A DNA stretch of 64,000 bases from positions 6,820,001 to 6,884,000 of the forward strand of contig OX597818.1 of assembly GCA_951406725.2 (NCBI GenBank), in the 5' to 3' direction. Numbering within the stretch: the stretch's first letter is position 1; the number at the start of each line of letters is the position of its first letter. The notes beneath the pieces were generated by a model. It was not told the origin of the DNA. It did not search any database and worked only from the letters and a program-made list of their open reading frames with translations. Shown one piece after another: positions 24,329 to 37,147 of this stretch. The translations under genes and the position numbers were made by a program. This DNA comes from Octopus vulgaris (Eukaryota).

Positions 24329-24966
24329 AACAAATGAAATCCAAACTAAAACTAGAACAGCAACGAACCATGATACAACGATGGCAAGAAAAGCCCCTTC
24401 ATGGCAAATACTGGATTAAACTAAATGCAAAAGAAATAGACAAAGAAAAATCCTAGCAATAGTTGAGAAGCTCTGGACTCAAAGCAGAGACAGAGGGATT
24501 TTTAATTGCAGTACAAGACCAAAGCCTCCCCACCAGAAATTACCAAAAACATGGAATGAAAAGAAATATAACAAGTAACTGCAGAATATGTGGAGATGGA
24601 CAAAAAACAACAAATCATATTATCTCTGGCTGCCCAGTCCTGGCTAAGAATGAATATATTCACAGATACGACAGAGTTGTGACCTATATACACTGGAAGC
24701 TACGCCAACATTATGGAATAACAACAGAAAAAAGATGGTATAGGCACACACCAGAAAACGTCACAGAAAATGAGAAAGCAACCATACTCTGGGATATGCC
24801 GATACCCACAGATAGAGAAATTAAGGCCAACAGATCAGATATAGTTGTCAGAGATCATGAAGGAAAAATGCTTTCTAATTGATGTATCAATACCAGGAGA
24901 TTACAACGGTTCTCTAAAAGAAATGGAGAAACTTTCAAAATACAAAGACCTGGAAATAGAGGTAAC

Positions 24967-25577
24967 CAGTCAATGCAGTAGAAGCACCGTGACTCACCCC
25001 CTCCAAAGAAGGCAAGGGTGCAGCTCTCCGCTGGCAAGGTCATGCTCACAGTCTTCTGGGACCAGGACGGAGTAGTGATGACGGATTTCCTGGCAAAGGG
25101 TACCACAATTGCAGGAGCCTATTATGCTTCACTTTGAGGAAATTAAGACAAGCTATCAAAATCAAGAGGCGGGGCAAGATCAGCAAAGGCATCCTCCTCC
25201 TGCAGGACAACGCTCCGGTCCACAACTCGCTTGTCGCCAGATCAGAAGCACAGGCGTATGGCTATGAACTCCTCCCCATCCCCCCTACTTTCCTGACCTT
25301 GCACCCTCTGATTTTCACCTCTTCCCAATCATGAAGTTGTTTTTGAAAGGAACGCGTTTCCCAGATGATGCAGCCTTGATTTCTGAAGTCACGTTGAGGT
25401 TGGAGGACCAAACAGGGTTCTTCTACAAAAACGGTCTCCAGAGCCGCATCAAACGATGGGAGAAATTCGTAACTCTGGGTGATTCGTATGTAGAAAAAGA
25501 CTAATAACTGTGCCAAGTTTCGTTGCTCTACTGCTATGGGAAGTGGGTCAGGGGCATTACTTATTGAACGCCCCTCG
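24967..25577 (+). mobile_element. mariner (DD34D) transposon, 3' half with right TIR
   Basis: QSMQ*KH..SAGKVMLTVFWDQDGVV..YYASL..LLLQDNAPVH..PDLAPSDFHLF..KRWEK..GDSYVEKD*; ends ttacttattgaacgcccctcg followed by TA. Confidence 0.93.
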
Positions 25578-25605
25578 TAGATATATGAATTTATATAGAT
25601 ATATA

Positions 25606-26613
25606 AATTTTTTCACACCTAAAATTTTCACAACGCCCTTTTCAGTTTTTTCCATCAATTCATCTCACCAACCATAGGCGCAGGAGTGGCTGTGTGGTAA
25701 GTAGCTTGTTTATAAACCACATGGTTCCGGGTTCAGTCCCACTCGTGGCACCTTGGGCAAGTGTCTTCTACCATAGCCCCGGGCCGACCAAAGCCTTGTG
25801 AGTGGATTTGGTAGACGGAAACTGAAAGAAGCCCGTCGTATATGTATATATATATATGTATGTGCGTGTATATGTTTGTGTGTATGTGTTTGTCCCCCTA
25901 GCATTGCTTGACCACCGATGCTGGTGTGTTTATGTCCCCGTCACCTAGCGGTTCGGCAAAAGAGGCCGATAGAATAAGTACTGGGCTTACAAAGAATAAA
26001 TCCCGGGGTCGAGTAGCTCGATTAAAGGCGGTGCTCCAGCATGGCCGCAGTCAAAATGACTGAAACAAGTAAAAAGAAAAAGAAAAAAAAATATGCTTCG
26101 ATATATGTAATGTTTAGAACACTTACGTAGAGATAGTTGTATGCAATCATACCACATGCTGTTGTTCAACTTTTCCAACTTTTAGTATGTTGCCTTCAAA
26201 GCAGCAATTACAGACGCCCGAGTATCGGACTGACCACCATGGTCACTATGTATGTATGTATGTATGTATGTATGTATGTATGTATGTATGTATGTATATA
26301 TGCAAAACTTTTTTATTCAATGTTGTCATCAAGCAGCCCTCCATGTTCATAATGATATTCTCTTTCAGTATCTCACCAACCAATCAACGATATTTTCTGT
26401 GGGTGGTTTCTTCACGTGGTAGTGGTAAAGGGTTTGGATGTGAGCTTAGCTTCTCATCCATTTCATATATTTCAGTAAGACATTGGTATAGCTTCCAGCG
26501 TTTCTCCATCCAATTAGGAATGACGCTGTCAAGGAAGCTCATGTGGGAAATTGAATTTTTTCACACCTAAAATTTTCACAACGCCCTTTTCAGTTTTTTC
26601 CATCAATTCATCT
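25606..26613 (+). repeat. Identical 60-bp direct repeat pair (25606-25665 and 26554-26613)
   Basis: aattttttcacacctaaaattttcacaacgcccttttcagttttttccatcaattcatct occurs twice. Confidence 0.9.
25677..26087 (+). mobile_element. SINE family A, full-length
   Basis: A box tggctgtgtggt, B box ggttcagtccc, caccttgggcaagtg core, internal (TA/TG) microsatellite, tail ending gactgaaacaagtaaaaag. Confidence 0.92.
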
Positions 26614-27041
26614 TAACTCTAAGCTCTTTGGACATTTTTGGATGCTTCGCTGGCATTAGGATCTCGTAAAACTTGTGAAGAATATGTTTTTGCTTGGATC
26701 CCATATATTTTGTTTTTTATATATATAAAGTTAAACAAAATATGATTGTTGTCATTTGGGAACTCTTCATGAATTGATTATGCATCAGTGGATGCAAACG
26801 ATATTTATAGCTTTTTCCACAAACAGGTTTCGACGGGCTCAAAGACGTAATTGGACTGAACTTCCTGTACAAACTGATATATAGTTATGTATTTATGTAC
26901 GTATGTATAAATTTATGCATTTATGAATAAAAAAAGTATATGTACGCCTGAGTATATACGTGTAATGTATGCGTCTATATGTGTTTGTATGAATATTTAT
27001 GTATATATATATGTGTGTGTGTGAATATATATATATTTGTG

Positions 27042-27125
<84 letters not shown>

Positions 27126-28020
27126 GATATGAACATGAATATATGCATTCGTATGTGTACGTAGTATGAGGCACAACGAGGATTTTTTACTACATTTGTG
27201 TACGTATGTATATATTTATGCATTTATATATAAAAGCGTATTTTCACTACCTTATAAAACTATATCTGTTAAACAAATGAGCTACTCTAAATACATTAAA
27301 AATACTATAACATATTTTGAACACTATTTTATAAAAGTATCACAGTTCCCTTTCAGCAAATAAAGGACAAATCTGTGTGGTGCAAAATGAGCACCCCAAG
27401 TAAATGTACCACTTCAGTTCTCCAGAATTACATTAAAGTGTCTAGATCATAGAAAGAGGATCATTGATAAATTGCACATGAAATGAAATTATCGAACTTC
27501 CACATAAAATATTCTCAAAAGCTTCTTCACGATCTACTGCGGTGGCTGTTTTCCCGATACATTTGTGCACCATGCGTTAAAGAGAAGAAATTATTGAAAT
27601 GAATCACTGCTCATTTAAACCCATTTTCGACATCATTTTTCGAAAATTGAAAAGTATTGAATTAGTCATTAGTGTGGTTAAAAATTGACTTGGAATCCAA
27701 CAACAGAGAAAAGAATATTGAGTGTTAAGGACCAACAATTATCAGGACATTCCATCAGCAACCTCAGTTAGAATAGAGTCAAATTCGAGGAAAAATTTCT
27801 AGAAAAAGAAGTATCTATAACACGACTATGTTTGAAACTCTCTCAACTTCAACAACAACAACAAATCACAAGAACTATTCTGACCCTTTTTGCACCTAAA
27901 TATGATGCAAAGGTACAAAGTCATTGGGCAAAAATTGCAATGTAGCGATGTCAAATAGGTAGGGAGAAAGTAACGAGAAATTAGAAGTTATTCATTTTAT
28001 CCCGATTACTCATACATACA

Positions 28021-28052
<32 letters not shown>

Positions 28053-28092
28053 CACAAACATAGAAACATACATTCATACATATATACATATG

Positions 28093-28152
<60 letters not shown>

Positions 28153-28171
28153 CATATAGTGAGAGAGAGAT

Positions 28172-28227
<56 letters not shown>

Positions 28228-28590
28228 TCTATTTCATTCTAATTTAATATATTTCAACAATCCCTTAGTTTTTAATTTCATTTTTTCTTTTTTCAGAAAA
28301 AAAAATTACAAGACTGAAGCAATTTTCATAAAAGCAGAATAATTTCGCATTTTCGTTAATGTTTATTTTCTTTTACATTCCTTTGAAAATATCAAAATTA
28401 AAATACGAATGCCGAGAGCTACATCCATGATATGATCTGCAGCCCAAATTTTAAGCTTCTGTAACAATTAATATTCATTTCTTTAGAAAAATATATATTA
28501 GTTAGAAATTCACTCTTTATTTTGCTCCAAGCATTGTTCGACGCGGTGTAAATAAATTGCTATAATTCCCATTTCAAATATTAATTTCAG

Positions 28591-28630
28591 AAGCGAAACA
28601 ACTTTACCTGAATACAACATGTCGTCATTG
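28591..28630 (+). other. Candidate 40-bp exon of an unidentified host transcript
   Basis: ttaatttcag| ... ttg|gtaagg splice-like flanks; one frame reads SETTLPEYNMSSL. No homology recognised. Confidence 0.2.
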
Positions 28631-29111
28631 GTAAGGTTTTTACATTTACAAGCTGTTCATATGTTCAGATACTTTCTCTGTATTTAATGATGTGCTAGAT
28701 ATACTAAACTAAATACAACAATGCTCTCCATATGCATGCAAATAGTAGAATGCTTATATTGATATATAGTTCTGCTAAAGATGGGACAGGTAATGAAGTG
28801 AACAACAACAATAAAATTATCGATATATATGTTGTGAAGGAAGAGTGCGTTTGCTCATGGATTGAAAAATAGAATTTTAATAATTTTGCTGAGTTCTAGG
28901 GAAGATACCATATGTTTAGTTTTATTAGATCACTTCGTCGGAGAATAAACTTCACTGTATTCAAGGAATAAACGATGAAGAAAAAAATGTACATGGTTAC
29001 TGCTAAGTACATAGTGAACTGTATCATATATATATTGTGTTTGCGCGATAATGAGAGAGGGTGTGTGTGTAAGTTCGGCGCTTCTTATTCAATATTGTGG
29101 ACGTCATTTCA

Positions 29112-29492
29112 TATGGCTGTGTAGTAAAAATCTTGCTTCTCAACCACAAGGTTCCAGGTTCTGTCCCATTGTGTGGCACCTAGGGCAGGAGTCTTACTCT
29201 TTAGCCTCGGCTGACAAAAGCCTTGTTAGTGGATACGGCAAACAGAAACTGAAGGAAGCATGACATATATATATGTATGTGTTTGTGTGTATGTGTCCCA
29301 GCATCGGCACTTAACAACTGGTTCTGACGTATCTATGTCCTTGTAAATTAGCGGTTCGGCAAAAGGCAACCGATAGAATATGTACCATGCACCAGGCTTC
29401 AAATAAATCAGTACTGGAGTCGATACATTCAGCTAAAAATTCTTCAAGGCAATGACCCTGCATGACCGCAGTCTAATGACTTAAACAAGTAA
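29112..29492 (+). mobile_element. SINE family A, diverged
   Basis: Colinear with 25677-26087. Confidence 0.85.
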
Positions 29493-29493
29493 G

Positions 29494-29568
<75 letters not shown>

Positions 29569-29589
29569 TATACATATATATATACATAC

Positions 29590-29658
<69 letters not shown>

Positions 29659-29814
29659 CAACACGGATTTTTGTCAGTGAACAGGTCGCGGATTTTAGCG
29701 ACGAAAATATTTTGACAAATTAAACTTAAATGTTGAAGTGAATCGAACGGCTTTTGTGTGTTTCTTAAATGGCTTACAAACACCTTCCACGCTGCAATCG
29801 TGTATATATATTTT

Positions 29815-30000
29815 GGCACAAGGTGAACAATTTCAAGGGAGGGGTGAGTTGATTACATTGATCCCAGTACTCAACTGGTACTTATTTTGTTTTAGCTAAA
29901 AAAGAAAACGAAAAGCAAAGTCAATCTCAGCAGAATTCGAACTCGGTAGAAATGTTGCAAAGTATTTTGCTCGGAATGCTGACGATTCTGCCAGCTCGCC
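29815..30000 (-). mobile_element. SINE family B, alternative tail
   Basis: Reverse complement begins ggcgagctggcagaatcgtcagcattccgagc and contains aataagtaccagttgagtactgggatcaatgtaatc. Confidence 0.82.
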
Positions 30001-30117
30001 TCATACATACATACATACGTACATACATACATATATACATACATACATACATACATACATACATACATACATACATACATACATACATACATGCATGCAT
30101 GCAAGCAAACATGTTTA

Positions 30118-30420
30118 TCTATTATATAAAATCCGTTCTGTCTGTGTGTGTGTCTTCCAGGATCTCGGGCATCCTCCATCCGATTGCGCTCAAATTTGAT
30201 ATGTAGACACCGACGGTATCAGGGCGTATATAAGTCTTGAAAAAATTACAAAAATCGATTCCATGTGAGAATGCGATCGATAAAGCCGTGGGAACGTGCA
30301 TTCGTACGCGCAAGTACATCAGCTGTTGGGATCGATACTAGGCGTACGCGAGAAAAATGCACGTGCAGTTTGCGTAAAAAAAAGCCGACTGGCTTGAAAT
30401 AATGCCACAAAAAGCAGTAT
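30118..30420 (+). mobile_element. Non-autonomous Helitron 5' portion
   Basis: a|TCTATTATATAAAA start, ctgtctgtgtgt tract, gatctcg..ccgatt..aaattt subterminal motif; no CTAG 3' end found. Confidence 0.55.
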
Positions 30421-30685
30421 ATTTAAGAGACCAAAACAGTAAGATGAAAAGAGATATTTTCTTCAAACTTGGCATGAAGTAAGGAAAGACTATTTGGTTT
30501 CTTTGGAATAGAAAAAAAGTCTATCTTTATTTCTTCTTTTGCTGGTATCTTAAATTTAGGTTAAATCAGTGTTTCTCAAAGGGGAGGCCTATGGGACCGT
30601 CGGACAAGTTGTTTTGAGAAAATTTGGTTTCATTGTTTGACAACTCAGCACCGTCCATTGGACGGGGGCGTTTTGCTCGTATATA

Positions 30686-31300
30686 TTAGGGTAATGCAAA
30701 AAAGGAATTAAAAAATTATTTTTTCAATTTCATATTGTTTTGTTGATATTTTCGCCGGAACCGGTTTGATATGTACCTGGTTAACCTAGTTTGAAAAAAC
30801 AAAACGATGGCATACTAGGCTATAGTACGTACTGAGGTACAGCGTATAGTGTGTTAACTTTTCTTTATGTGGGAGTTTATTTTTTATTTGTGAAGCAAGA
30901 GTTATGTTTTCTTGTTTTTGTGAGTGATGACTTGTAACTTTTATCAATTTGAAGAATGTATTGCTTCTGCTGTTCATCATTATTTATCAGTTTGTTATAT
31001 TCTTCCAGAAGTCGTACACATCTTTCCACAATGTCGTTTACCTCTTTGAGTCCATATGCGATATCTCTAGCATTCGCATAACTTTCATCATCGTTCCATT
31101 CTTCAGCATCTTTTTCAAGAAAAGTGCAAGGTACCTCTAGGATTTCGAAGAATCTTTTTGTGTTGGCTGTAACGAAATCCTGAAGTTGTTTCTGCCCAGC
31201 TGATTCAGGATTTATTGATGCTCGTTTCTTCGGTTTTCCGTCAACTGGTTTCTGCAGAGCATGCTTCATTTTTGTTTCTTGTCTCATGCAAAACAATCCG
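30686..31300 (-). mobile_element. hAT-related (hATm-like) transposase C-terminal fragment with a possible terminus
   Basis: LQDFVTANTKRFFEIL..FLEKDAEEWNDDESY..LKEVNDIVERCVRLLEEYN..DEQQKQYILQ resembles the VNDxAERG..L..DEEQKQ motif of hATm-type transposases; ttagggt at 30686 resembles their TIR start. Confidence 0.65.
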
Positions 31301-32190
31301 CATCACCAAAACAATTTTAACATCATCAAAATGAATTTGCCAATCATACAACAAAGAGAAAAATTACGAAAAACATAATGAATAATCAAACACTTATCTT
31401 AAGAAAAAGCAACCACATAACCTAAAGAAACTTAACAAAAAATTCAACATGAACAAACAACATTCACAGCATCCAAATGTAATGATAACAGATGTGGAAC
31501 GTGCCAATACATGCATGCTGGCAGGTCCATTAGAACAAAAAATGGACAGATTTTCGCAAATGCATATATGAACTGCAAAAACAGAAATTTGATCTACTGC
31601 ATTAAATGTCCAAATTGCGAAGAAATATATATAGGAAAGACAGGGAATGTATTATCGGAACGCTCACGAGTCCACAGACTACAAATCCGGAGCACCAATG
31701 TTCGCTGAATTCCATTGAGCGAACATATAGAGACGTGGTCAGAAGATGTTTCTGATTTTTCCTTTCCACAAACTACATGAGACAAGTGATGTTAGAAGAA
31801 AAATAAAAGAGAAACGGTTTATTAAAATGTTCAAACCTGTTCTGAACGGAATTAACAAAAATAATATAACAAATATTTAATGTTGTGGATTGAAGAATAT
31901 CTGTAACATATGAATATAAACAAATTACGTAATATTTGTACGCCTGGTAAACCGTGATGTTGAAGCTACATGCGGATTGGTCAAAAGAATATCCTAAAAA
32001 TTCAGCTTCTTGGAGAGATACTACAAATGTCAAGAACTGACTGTTAGTTAAAAACTTTGAACTCTGATGATTACTCTATGTAAGAAAGCACCAATTTAAC
32101 TTTATGTACATTACGTAATATTTTTAATGTTATAACAGCAAAATAAAAAACGTGAAAACCACATCGTCTTAACTTTATTCAATTGATATA
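31300..32190 (+). mobile_element. PLE 3' fragment (Neptune-type Cys linker + GIY-YIG + 3' UTR)
   Basis: CNDNRCGTC..MNCKNRNLIYCIKCPNCEEIYIGKTG..RSRVHRLQI..LSEHI..FIKMFKPVLN; partial hammerhead CTGATGA ttac-tctat-gtaa GAAA at 32064-32087. Confidence 0.88.
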
Positions 32191-32285
32191 TTATTCTAGA
32201 CATATTCACACAAATTCGAAACAAAATATCTATATACATACATACATACACACATACATACATACAAACATACATTCATACATAC

Positions 32286-32367
<82 letters not shown>

Positions 32368-32369
32368 GT

Positions 32370-32572
32370 CACCGCGTGTGTACCGTTGGCAATTTTTTCC
32401 CTCCGTCTTCCCTTCTTTGGATCATTCCTTTTCCTATGTTTCTGACGAAGAACTCCGTTCTAAACGTTAAACTCTCCTTCTTTCCTTCTTTCCTGAGCGT
32501 CCAATAATACTATACTTGTTCCACGTCCTCGCGGTGTTGTGTTTTCTCTTTGTGTTTTCATGTTTGGATTAA

Positions 32573-32575
<3 letters not shown>
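32370..32575 (+). mobile_element. Solo PLE terminal repeat with a mutated hammerhead (32438-32472)
   Basis: gttt CTGACGA a gaac-tcc-gttc tAAA CGTT aaac (G of GAAA changed); downstream sequence resembles 58200-58325; flanked by (TA)n. Confidence 0.6.
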
Positions 32576-32614
<39 letters not shown>

Positions 32615-32833
32615 CGTTGCCCGGCCAGTAACTGAGCTAATCGGTTTAGACAGTATCTTTTAATGTCCTGCTGTATCAAAATCTCAGTAAATTTCGGAGG
32701 AATTTGAAATATCGACATAGCAACAGGCAGTTTGAAAACCAGATGCGTCTCCACCGTTTTGGGGTCTCACTAAAAACGCATTTGCAGCCATCTATATGCC
32801 TGAGCAAGAATTTGTGACCTAGGATTTAGGAAA

Positions 32834-33460
32834 TCTCTATATATAAAACTCAACTTGTGTGTCTGTGTGTTTAACTTCCCGGCACATCTCCTCCTATTCA
32901 ACAAATCGTAGAACCACCAAAGATGGGTCACTTAAAGTTTAGGCGAATGAATATTGAACTGCGCTATTTCTGTTCCGAAATTCATCTCGCAAGTGCAAAA
33001 ATCGATAATGTGTTTGTTTAGGCCTTATCCCATGCATTGAATAGTGAACTTTACTCAGTCAGCTGTTTGACGTGAACTGTGTTCACCACGCGTGCAAGCA
33101 TGCGTAAATTGCATGAAAAATAAAAAATCAAGATATAAAAACGAATCACCGTAAACATTGTAGAAATTCGGCAAAGAAATGAATTTTCGGGATGTAGCCT
33201 GGAGGGTTTTTTCGCATTAATCATTTGGACTTTGTGAACACATACCAATTGTTTTCATAACATTTTTAACGCTTTGAATTAAATGTGACCATTTTGCGTT
33301 GAGTCTGCAGTTTGAATCACTTTAACCAAATTTTAGCAGGCCGGATTTTTGATCATCACGATACATCGCCAACGACTCCTTGAAACTCTCCCCTGAAATC
33401 CCCGTTGAGAAATCTATATATATAAAACTCAACTTGTGTGTGTGTGTGTGTTTAACTTTT
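32834..33460 (+). mobile_element. Two related Helitron-like 5' ends (32834 and 33413)
   Basis: Both read gaaa|TCT.TATATATAAAACTCAACTTGTGTGT..GTGTGTTTAACTT (about 45 bp shared). Confidence 0.55.
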
Positions 33461-33508
33461 GGATCTACCAAGTTTCATTATTAAGGATGGAAAGTAGTGT
33501 GTAGCAAA

Positions 33509-33887
33509 TCTATATATATAAAGCTGTGTATGGCAGGTTTGGTAGCCTTCAACTAACACTATCTCCTTCGAGACCCTGCAGCGCAAGTTGACCAAAATTG
33601 AGATTATGATAGAAGAAGACTTGCTCTTCATTCTGTAGAATATAAAATTCAAATCGGGCCATGTTAGCACCAAAAATTCTTTACATAAAAAAGGTGCTTT
33701 TTTTCTATGAAAATCCCTATTTTTTACGAATTTTGACTGCTGTGTCACCATTTTTCGGTGTATTTCAACTGGAAAAACGTTCACTTGAAGAGAATAACAA
33801 GTTGCATAATGCAAACGTTTTACTTTTCAAAAATTCCAATTCTAAAGGGTTGAAACAAACCCAGGCAACACCGGGTGATACTGCTAG
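33509..33887 (+). mobile_element. Complete 379-bp non-autonomous Helitron
   Basis: A|TC 5' end, subterminal hairpin acccaggcaacaccgggt (33859-33876), CTAG|T 3' end, no TSD. Confidence 0.85.
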
Positions 33888-34259
33888 TGCGAAATAAAAC
33901 ATTTATTGAAATTGTGAGTTGCCGCCTGTCTGTAATTTAATTAGCTGTGTAATTAAAATGTATACACCCTGATAGTTCAGCTATTGAGCTAATCGCACTG
34001 TGATAATATTTCTCATGGATGGGCTGTGGTTAAAGCCAATAAATATCGAAGAGAGAATAAATATCGACTTAACAGCATTCAACGAGAACTCCATGTTCAC
34101 TTTGACTTTTGGAGTATCTTCAGTGATTGTTGCTTCACACCAAGCCACGTGTAGGGTTGAGATACCCCTCATTTATGCAAACTAGATTCATCCGAGCGAC
34201 TATTTGTCGTGTAAGTAAATGCTTTATTCACAGTTTCCTATATTGTAGGCTACGAATTG

Positions 34260-34800
34260 TCGTCAATTTAAACTAGCTAGAAGAATCCGAAGAATTGTCT
34301 CCAATCTAGATGTTCATAATAAAAGACTCATTGAATTTAAACAGGCTGTACTTGCAAGGAAACACCTGCCTACTCCAATAGAGAATGAAGTAGAACAGTA
34401 GAACACACCAAAGCAATGGTCATTGAAGAATTACGAAAATCCAAAAAGTGTTAAAAATCACACAAATCTTTATCTTTAAATTGCAACACACAACCCAAGA
34501 AACAGAAATATTCAGCATTATTTAACTGAGATATAATGAAGAATTATTTTCATATAATTCTTTTTCACTATACTTAATTTCATTATGGAGAAACATAGCA
34601 CGCTACACTTACCAAAATTTATTATTATAGAAATAAGCGAAACAGCAAATAAAAAACGAGCTGTTTTTTGAAAAGTCACCTGGAGAAACGATCTGCACCT
34701 ACGATGCATCACAATTTCTTGTACAGCATCAAACCCGCAAGGTACCGATGTATAATGGGTCGAAACAAGCGTAGTAGTTCTGATAAAGTCTCGTGAATTC
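34260..34800 (+). mobile_element. Degraded PLE fragment (RT thumb) with hammerhead relic at 34743-34776
   Basis: FKLARRIRRIVSNLDVHNKRLIEFK..ATHNPRN parallels FNLARR..VST.NPRN of the 14430-16580 element; relic tacCGATG...GAAAcaagcGTAgta. Confidence 0.6.
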
Positions 34801-35100
34801 CATTTTCTTTCGCTGTATATGTGTTTGTTTTATGTATGTATATGCACACATACATTCAAACATTTTCATATACACTCACTTATAGGTGTGTCTGTGTGTA
34901 TATATGTCTTTGGACGTGTTGGAGTACTCTTCCTTCTTGCATTTATTTCCTTGCAGCGTCTAATTATGAAGGAGAAACAACAACAGTTTCTCTTCAACGA
35001 ATATATATTTCAAGGAGTTGGAAAATATTATATTCTCATTTATTTTTGTATTTCCTCCATTAATTTCTATATTTTCATGGCATTTAACATTGGGGGAGTG

Positions 35101-35186
35101 TGTGTTACTATCTCTACTTAGGTATGTCTGTTGTTCCTGAAGGTCTTACTTTGCTTCTGCGTACTAATTTGTGTTATTAATTTAGG
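35101..35186 (+). repeat. ~85-bp dispersed repeat, second copy at 44227-44311
   Basis: tgtgttactatctctactta..cctgaaggtcttactttgc..ttctgcgta.taatttgtgtta.taatttag is present at both sites. Confidence 0.8.
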
Positions 35187-35739
35187 CAAGATATCAGTAT
35201 GTACCCTTCTAAAAGCACCCAAGGTACTAAACCGCTGGTAAACCGTGTAATTGATTAAGTCTAACAAACACAGTTTCAAACTATGATGGCCTGAACAACC
35301 ACGCAATTTATTTCGTCCGACACTATAACAATTCTGCCAATAGGACGCTCCCGACTGGTAGTTTATTTATCGGCCACGAAGTTTGACGACTTTTTGACAT
35401 ATGTGTTATATGTGAATTCAGACTCCAGATAGGGAAAGATTTCGAATATATACCGAAAGGCAATGTCTTGTATACGCCTACATGAGAGAGTTCTGAATGT
35501 GCCTGTTTACTGGTACCCTAAAATAAAAAGAAGAGCTTTGTGAAAAAGAGAGTGTGTAATAAAAAGAGCGAAAATATAAAGTAGAATAAAGGTAAAAATA
35601 TCGTTCGTAGTAAAGTGAACCGGTAATACTAATATGAAATAAAAACAAAAAAATGAGTACCATTCACAAATAGATGAAATGGATTTTAAAATGAATGAAA
35701 ATTACAATAGAAAGAGAATAACGAAAAAGACGAAAAATA

Positions 35740-35774
35740 GCATCATCATCAGCAGCAGTAGCAGTAGCAGTAGC

Positions 35775-35809
<35 letters not shown>

Positions 35810-35946
35810 GTGATGATTTAATTTTAAAATATAGAAAACTGCTACTAGCAGCAGCAACACTAGCAGCTGCCGCAGTCGTAGCTGCAGCAGCAGCCGCAGC
35901 AGTAGTACTGGTAGTACCTGAAAATTTAATTTCAAAATGCAGAAAA

Positions 35947-35979
<33 letters not shown>

Positions 35980-36062
35980 TAGTAATGGTGGTGGTGGAGG
36001 TGGTGGCGATACTGATGGGCTTGGTGATAGTAGTAGTCGTAGTAATAGTAGTAGTTGTAATG
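35740..36062. repeat. Compound (GCA)n/(GTA)n/(GTG)n microsatellites in three modules
   Basis: Trinucleotide runs separated by a repeated atttaattt.aaaat..agaaaac spacer (about 35815 and 35922). Confidence 0.85.
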
Positions 36063-36691
36063 AAATCTAATTGGCTCTACGCTTAATGAAAATGTATCTC
36101 CTTCCACACCAACAGTAGTAAATCTTGCTATTCATTATCAACTCGATCAGCGTTTTGTGTTCAGTTTATCTGTGTTAGACATGTGCATGGCTATAGTGGT
36201 TGTGTGCGTGTGCGTGCGTACGTGTGTGTGTGTGTGTGTGTGTGAAGAACGCAGCTTACAACTATTAAAAATCGAGCTATGCTGCTATTTTTGTAACATT
36301 TTAGGCTTTCAAGTGGACCTCCCAAATAAGGCATTTATATCTTCTAATTCACAAGGGCTTCGTTCGCTTGCAATGACATTAACTTTTATCTATCTGCTTC
36401 ATTCTTTCTTTCTTCTTAATTGTGATTATATGCCTGGCTGTCAATGGCAAGCAAGTTTTTCTTTAGATTTCTTTTGTCTCTGTCACTCTCGTTTTCCCTC
36501 CGTCTTTCACGTTCGTGCTGACACACACCTTTCCGTTGATTTTGCCACGATTTCTGTCTTCTTTGCTACTGACTGCCGCCTTATAATGAGAAACCAGTTT
36601 AACGTTCTCTTTGTGACGAGAATCTTAAGTAATTTACAGATTGTTTTTAAATATCACTCCTTATACCATCTCCATTTCTCGAATTTTTACA

Positions 36692-36754
<63 letters not shown>

Positions 36755-36868
36755 CTATCTATCACTTACATAGTCTGAAGTTTAGTCTTTTATATCGTCT
36801 TAACTACTTCATACAAATTGGTCCTATGAAACCAAATATTTCTCTTTCCGCTCCTATCTATTACCTGA

Positions 36869-36899
<31 letters not shown>

Positions 36900-36976
36900 T
36901 TCACCCTTTATCTATTTCTCTCTTTCTCTTTCTCTGTCTCTCTGCCTCTCTCTCTCTTTCTCTGTCTTTCTGTCTG

Positions 36977-37039
<63 letters not shown>

Positions 37040-37147
37040 GCGCACGTGCACCCAAACTCACATAAACAAGTATTTTGTGTTTTTGTATGTTCTTTTATTC
37101 ATGTTACCGCTACATCATGCTACAGTCTATATAGTTATCATCTGTAA

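Larger units (their letters stand above)
21885..24966 (+). mobile_element. R4/Dong LINE, younger copy, truncated at both ends
   Basis: Starts after the (TAA)n at 21760-21830; long intact RT frame; knuckle CRICGDGQKTTNHIISGC; REL RSDIVVRD..LIDVSIPGD..EKLSKYKDLEIEV; breaks off into mariner sequence. Confidence 0.95.

Noticed and set aside
25677-25750. tRNA gene
   Set aside because: A/B boxes run on into SINE body and tail; no complete cloverleaf. The same applies to the other SINE heads.
30567-30600. hAT/Charlie-like TIR cagtgtttctcaa
   Set aside because: No matching second TIR or 8-bp TSD found.
36157-37065. 302-aa ORF
   Set aside because: Built from (TG)n and (CT)n tracts and T-rich DNA; no recognisable domain.
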